A stretch of DNA of 63,929 nucleotides, counting the filler, from Hyphochytrium catenoides (lineage: Eukaryota; Protista; Hyphochytriomycota), in assembly GCA_900088475.1 (NCBI GenBank). It is 10 parts of 10 records of this genome, joined end to end, with 100 filler letters (N's around TTAATTAATTAA, not from the genome) between each part and the next. Parts side by side here need not be neighbours in the genome. Positions count along the whole stretch, not along the records: positions 61,054 to 62,789 come from FLMG01004718.1; positions 62,890 to 63,929 come from FLMG01002181.1; 8 more parts are not named here. The stretch is one strand, 5' to 3'. The position numbers and the translations under genes were made by a program. The notes below the pieces were generated by a model. That model saw only the letters and a program-made list of their open reading frames with translations, was not told the origin of the DNA and did no database searches. This document shows positions 61,395-63,929 of this stretch, in pieces (within the stretch, counting starts at the first letter, position 1; every line of letters starts with the position of its first letter).

Positions 61395-62789
61395 CTTCGG
61401 TGATAGTCAGTGAGGCGGCTACGCGTCTCAACTATCGGAGGGTGCGGACGTGGTGAAGTCTAACCCTCGTTGTTTGAGAAATGAAAGTTAAATTGTGAAA
61501 GGATTTTGGAGGATCGGGCTTTTTCAGTCCACGGCCTCATCAACTAGCAGCCTTCCGAGTGTCTCGAAGGTCTAGCCCTTGAGAAAGCACATAAAAATTG
61601 ACTGTGCATTTCTAATCTCTCCGGTTCGTGTCCTACTATTGTTCGGTTCGATGCGGCTGTCTGGCAAGAGTGTCCTCCCTCCTGTTTCACTCTGGTTGAT
61701 AACANNNNNNNNNNNNNNNNNNNNNNNNNNNNNNNNNNNNNNCTCAGGTGACAACTTTTGCTTCTCTCCTTGTTCATTACAATGGCAGACTTATGTAACC
61801 TGCTGCGTGCAGCGCACAAGAGGTGATGGTTAGCACAGTGCGTAGAGAGAAAGAGCAGGGAAGGGGTCAGTTATTTGGCCTAAGTCGTTCCACTCCTGAA
61901 TGAGGGAATACTAGGGTCGAAGTAGTATAATAATCCTGCTTGTCCTTATTTGTTATAGGTGCAATAATGCAGAGCCAATGCAGGACAAGTGACTGGCTCA
62001 GGGACATGAACCCACGTCGTTCACCGTGCCACCCAGAAAAATAGTCGGCCCGCCGTTTGGGTCAAGCAAGGCCTAGCGTTCATGTAACCTTCTCCGCCAC
62101 ATAGCTTCAGAAAGAGTTCTCTGCCTTCCTGGCGTCCTGGTCATTGGGCCAGCTCGCAGTACTGTTTCTTCTCCAGAATGTCGTAGACTTAGAAACGGTA
62201 CTCCTCTCCTTACACCACGTACAGCGGTTCTTGGAAGCTCCTTCAACGTGTTGTCTCTCATCAGAGTTAATGTTTATAAAAACATAGTTCTTTTTTCATT
62301 TCTTGCGCGTGGGTCTCAGGGAAGGCATCTTCCTTCTACGTTGTCGAAGTACTGCTAGAACTAAGAACTACACTTTTGTTCCTGCTTAGGAGAGGTGGCT
62401 CTTACTTCCGCCTCCCCTTCTTCTCTGTTCCCTCTCTGTTGCTCCTGTGCTCTATCAATACTCATCAGGCAGGCCTCCGCATTAGGATGGGCAAAGCGTT
62501 ATTATAGAGTCCTCCCAAAGTGGAAGAGAGACGAGGCGCTGAGTAGTTCTCCAATATTTTACAGGCTGCCTTGTCCCTTCCGCTGCATGGTCATCTTTAC
62601 CTGCCCTCTACAAGTACTACTGGAGCGTACATCCTGTGCTAGCGATCTCTCCACGTGAGACCTGTATGCTTTGACTTCGAGGAAGCAGTACTTTCTAGTA
62701 CTTCGCTGCTGTAGGGATGATGTGCAGGTCGTGGCACGGTTATAAACTCGTAATCGTTCACTAAGGTCCAATCTTAATCGACCCCTGTT

Positions 62790-62889
62790 NNNNNNNNNNN
62801 NNNNNNNNNNNNNNNNNNNNNNNNNNNNNNNNNTTAATTAATTAANNNNNNNNNNNNNNNNNNNNNNNNNNNNNNNNNNNNNNNNNNNN
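62790..62889. other. Artificial scaffold linker
   Basis: 44 N + TTAATTAATTAA + 44 N. Confidence 0.98.
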
Positions 62890-62890
62890 T

Positions 62891-63224
62891 GGCCCTCAGG
62901 AGCCAGAGGGTGGGACTGCTCAGGAAGAACCGACGAAGATAGCAGCAGTACCGCAAGGGAGAAAGGCAAAGAAACGAGCAGAGTCAACGAACATCAAAGA
63001 GCGTAAGCAAGCACCGTCGAGACCTGTAGGGACCTCTGTCAGCCAAAGCTTTGCTGGCAAGAGGAAGGAGGGAGCCAAGCACGACACATCTTCTGCCGCC
63101 ACAGACTTAACGCCGAACTCAAGAAGAAGGAGAGTGTCTGCTTTAGCGGCGGAGGCAAAGATTGCTGCACAAATGGCTCACAAGTACGCAGCCATTGCTG
63201 AAGCCTCAGCGTTTAGCCCTCCAG
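62891..63224 (+). CDS. Exon fragment of an unknown basic, low-complexity protein
   Basis: A stop-free frame of about 110 codons runs from the scaffold edge (GPQEPEGG...RRRRVSALAAEAKIAAQ...) to a CAG/GTACTC donor, followed by a pyrimidine-rich intron ending TGTAG. Confidence 0.45.
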
Positions 63225-63484
63225 GTACTCTCGCAATCTATTTCACTTACTGCGCTTATTTTGCTAGTCTGAGCTTAACTTAAACACGGGCTCTTTTCTC
63301 GTGCTTGTAGAGAAGACGCGGGGACGAAGGGAATCCAAACCTAGCTAGCAAAGGGGTCCGTTTCTCATCACTATATCCGCAGCTCACCCTTCTGAGAACG
63401 ATATATTTTTTACCCTTGGCATGGCGCCGCCTGCGTGTTACGCCTACTCCCCATTCTGTATGATCTTGCATAATAAAGACATCT

Positions 63485-63929
63485 TTACTCGCTCCCGAGC
63501 ACGCTTAGCTGTTCGAGAAACTTCTCTGGTGAGAGGAGCTCTGTGCAGCCATAGATCACATTACGAGGCTGGACTTGAGCCTGTAAGAGAAGAGCGATGC
63601 GAGTCGACACAGGTAAGACAGGTTACTTTCAGTGGATCAGAGGTAGTATTCGTCCCGAAACCTGACAGAGGGACGGAGCACAGTAACCTGCCCAGGCAAA
63701 AATGGACAAACTTTTTTACGCACCGCGCAGTAGTCCTGAAGGTTCTGGAACTCAACATAGTTTCCACCTCCGATAACGAAGACAATTGCGTCACGGAAAG
63801 GGGTTCGAAGCCTAGGCACCTCGCCTGAGGCCGTCGGTTTCACCTGCAGCAGTGAGGGCAGTTAGGCGGGGCTATCGCTCTTAAGTTAATCCTCCTTCAC
63901 TCGAGTAGTATTCTCTCTTCACCTTGGGG
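63485..63929 (-). CDS. SCFD1: Sec1/Munc18-family protein SLY1/SCFD1; C-terminal exons
   Basis: PK / [40 protein letters not shown] / [31 protein letters not shown]-stop. Confidence 0.92.

Noticed and set aside
8648-62889. Nine recurring TTAATTAATTAA palindromes as a biological repeat or recombination site
   Set aside because: Each sits in an identical 44N-12-44N cassette. This is an assembly concatenation linker with stops in six frames.

Overview
Eukaryotic nuclear DNA, probably from a stramenopile protist (inferred from protein motifs). It is not a native locus: ten separate scaffolds are joined by nine identical 100-nt linkers (44 N + TTAATTAATTAA + 44 N), so neighbourhood across linkers is meaningless. 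Most short ORFs in the track are artefacts of (AG)n/(CT)n microsatellites. Manual exon stitching recovers housekeeping genes: ABCD3/PMP70, cactin, eIF4A-III, GNB1L/ASA1, IWS1, an EMI1/C22orf39-like protein, OST3/6, a DOT1-like methyltransferase, NOA1/YqeH, DDX1 and SLY1. It also recovers a TRAF-zinc-finger protein, a PH-PH-VPS9 protein, a KDEL-tailed secretory protein, Pro/Ser-rich surface proteins and transposon remnants. Main observations: (1) a textbook U12-type AT-AC intron in IWS1, implying a minor spliceosome; (2) a DDX1 lacking its SPRY domain; (3) a virus-type HNH endonuclease ORF between short-repeat flanks, next to an 11-copy 16-bp array and a CpG-depleted block; (4) introns with 5' (AG)n and 3' (CT)n halves that could base-pair; (5) probable GC-AG introns; (6) an E2F-site cluster upstream of DOT1. 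All family assignments come from remembered motifs, not database searches.
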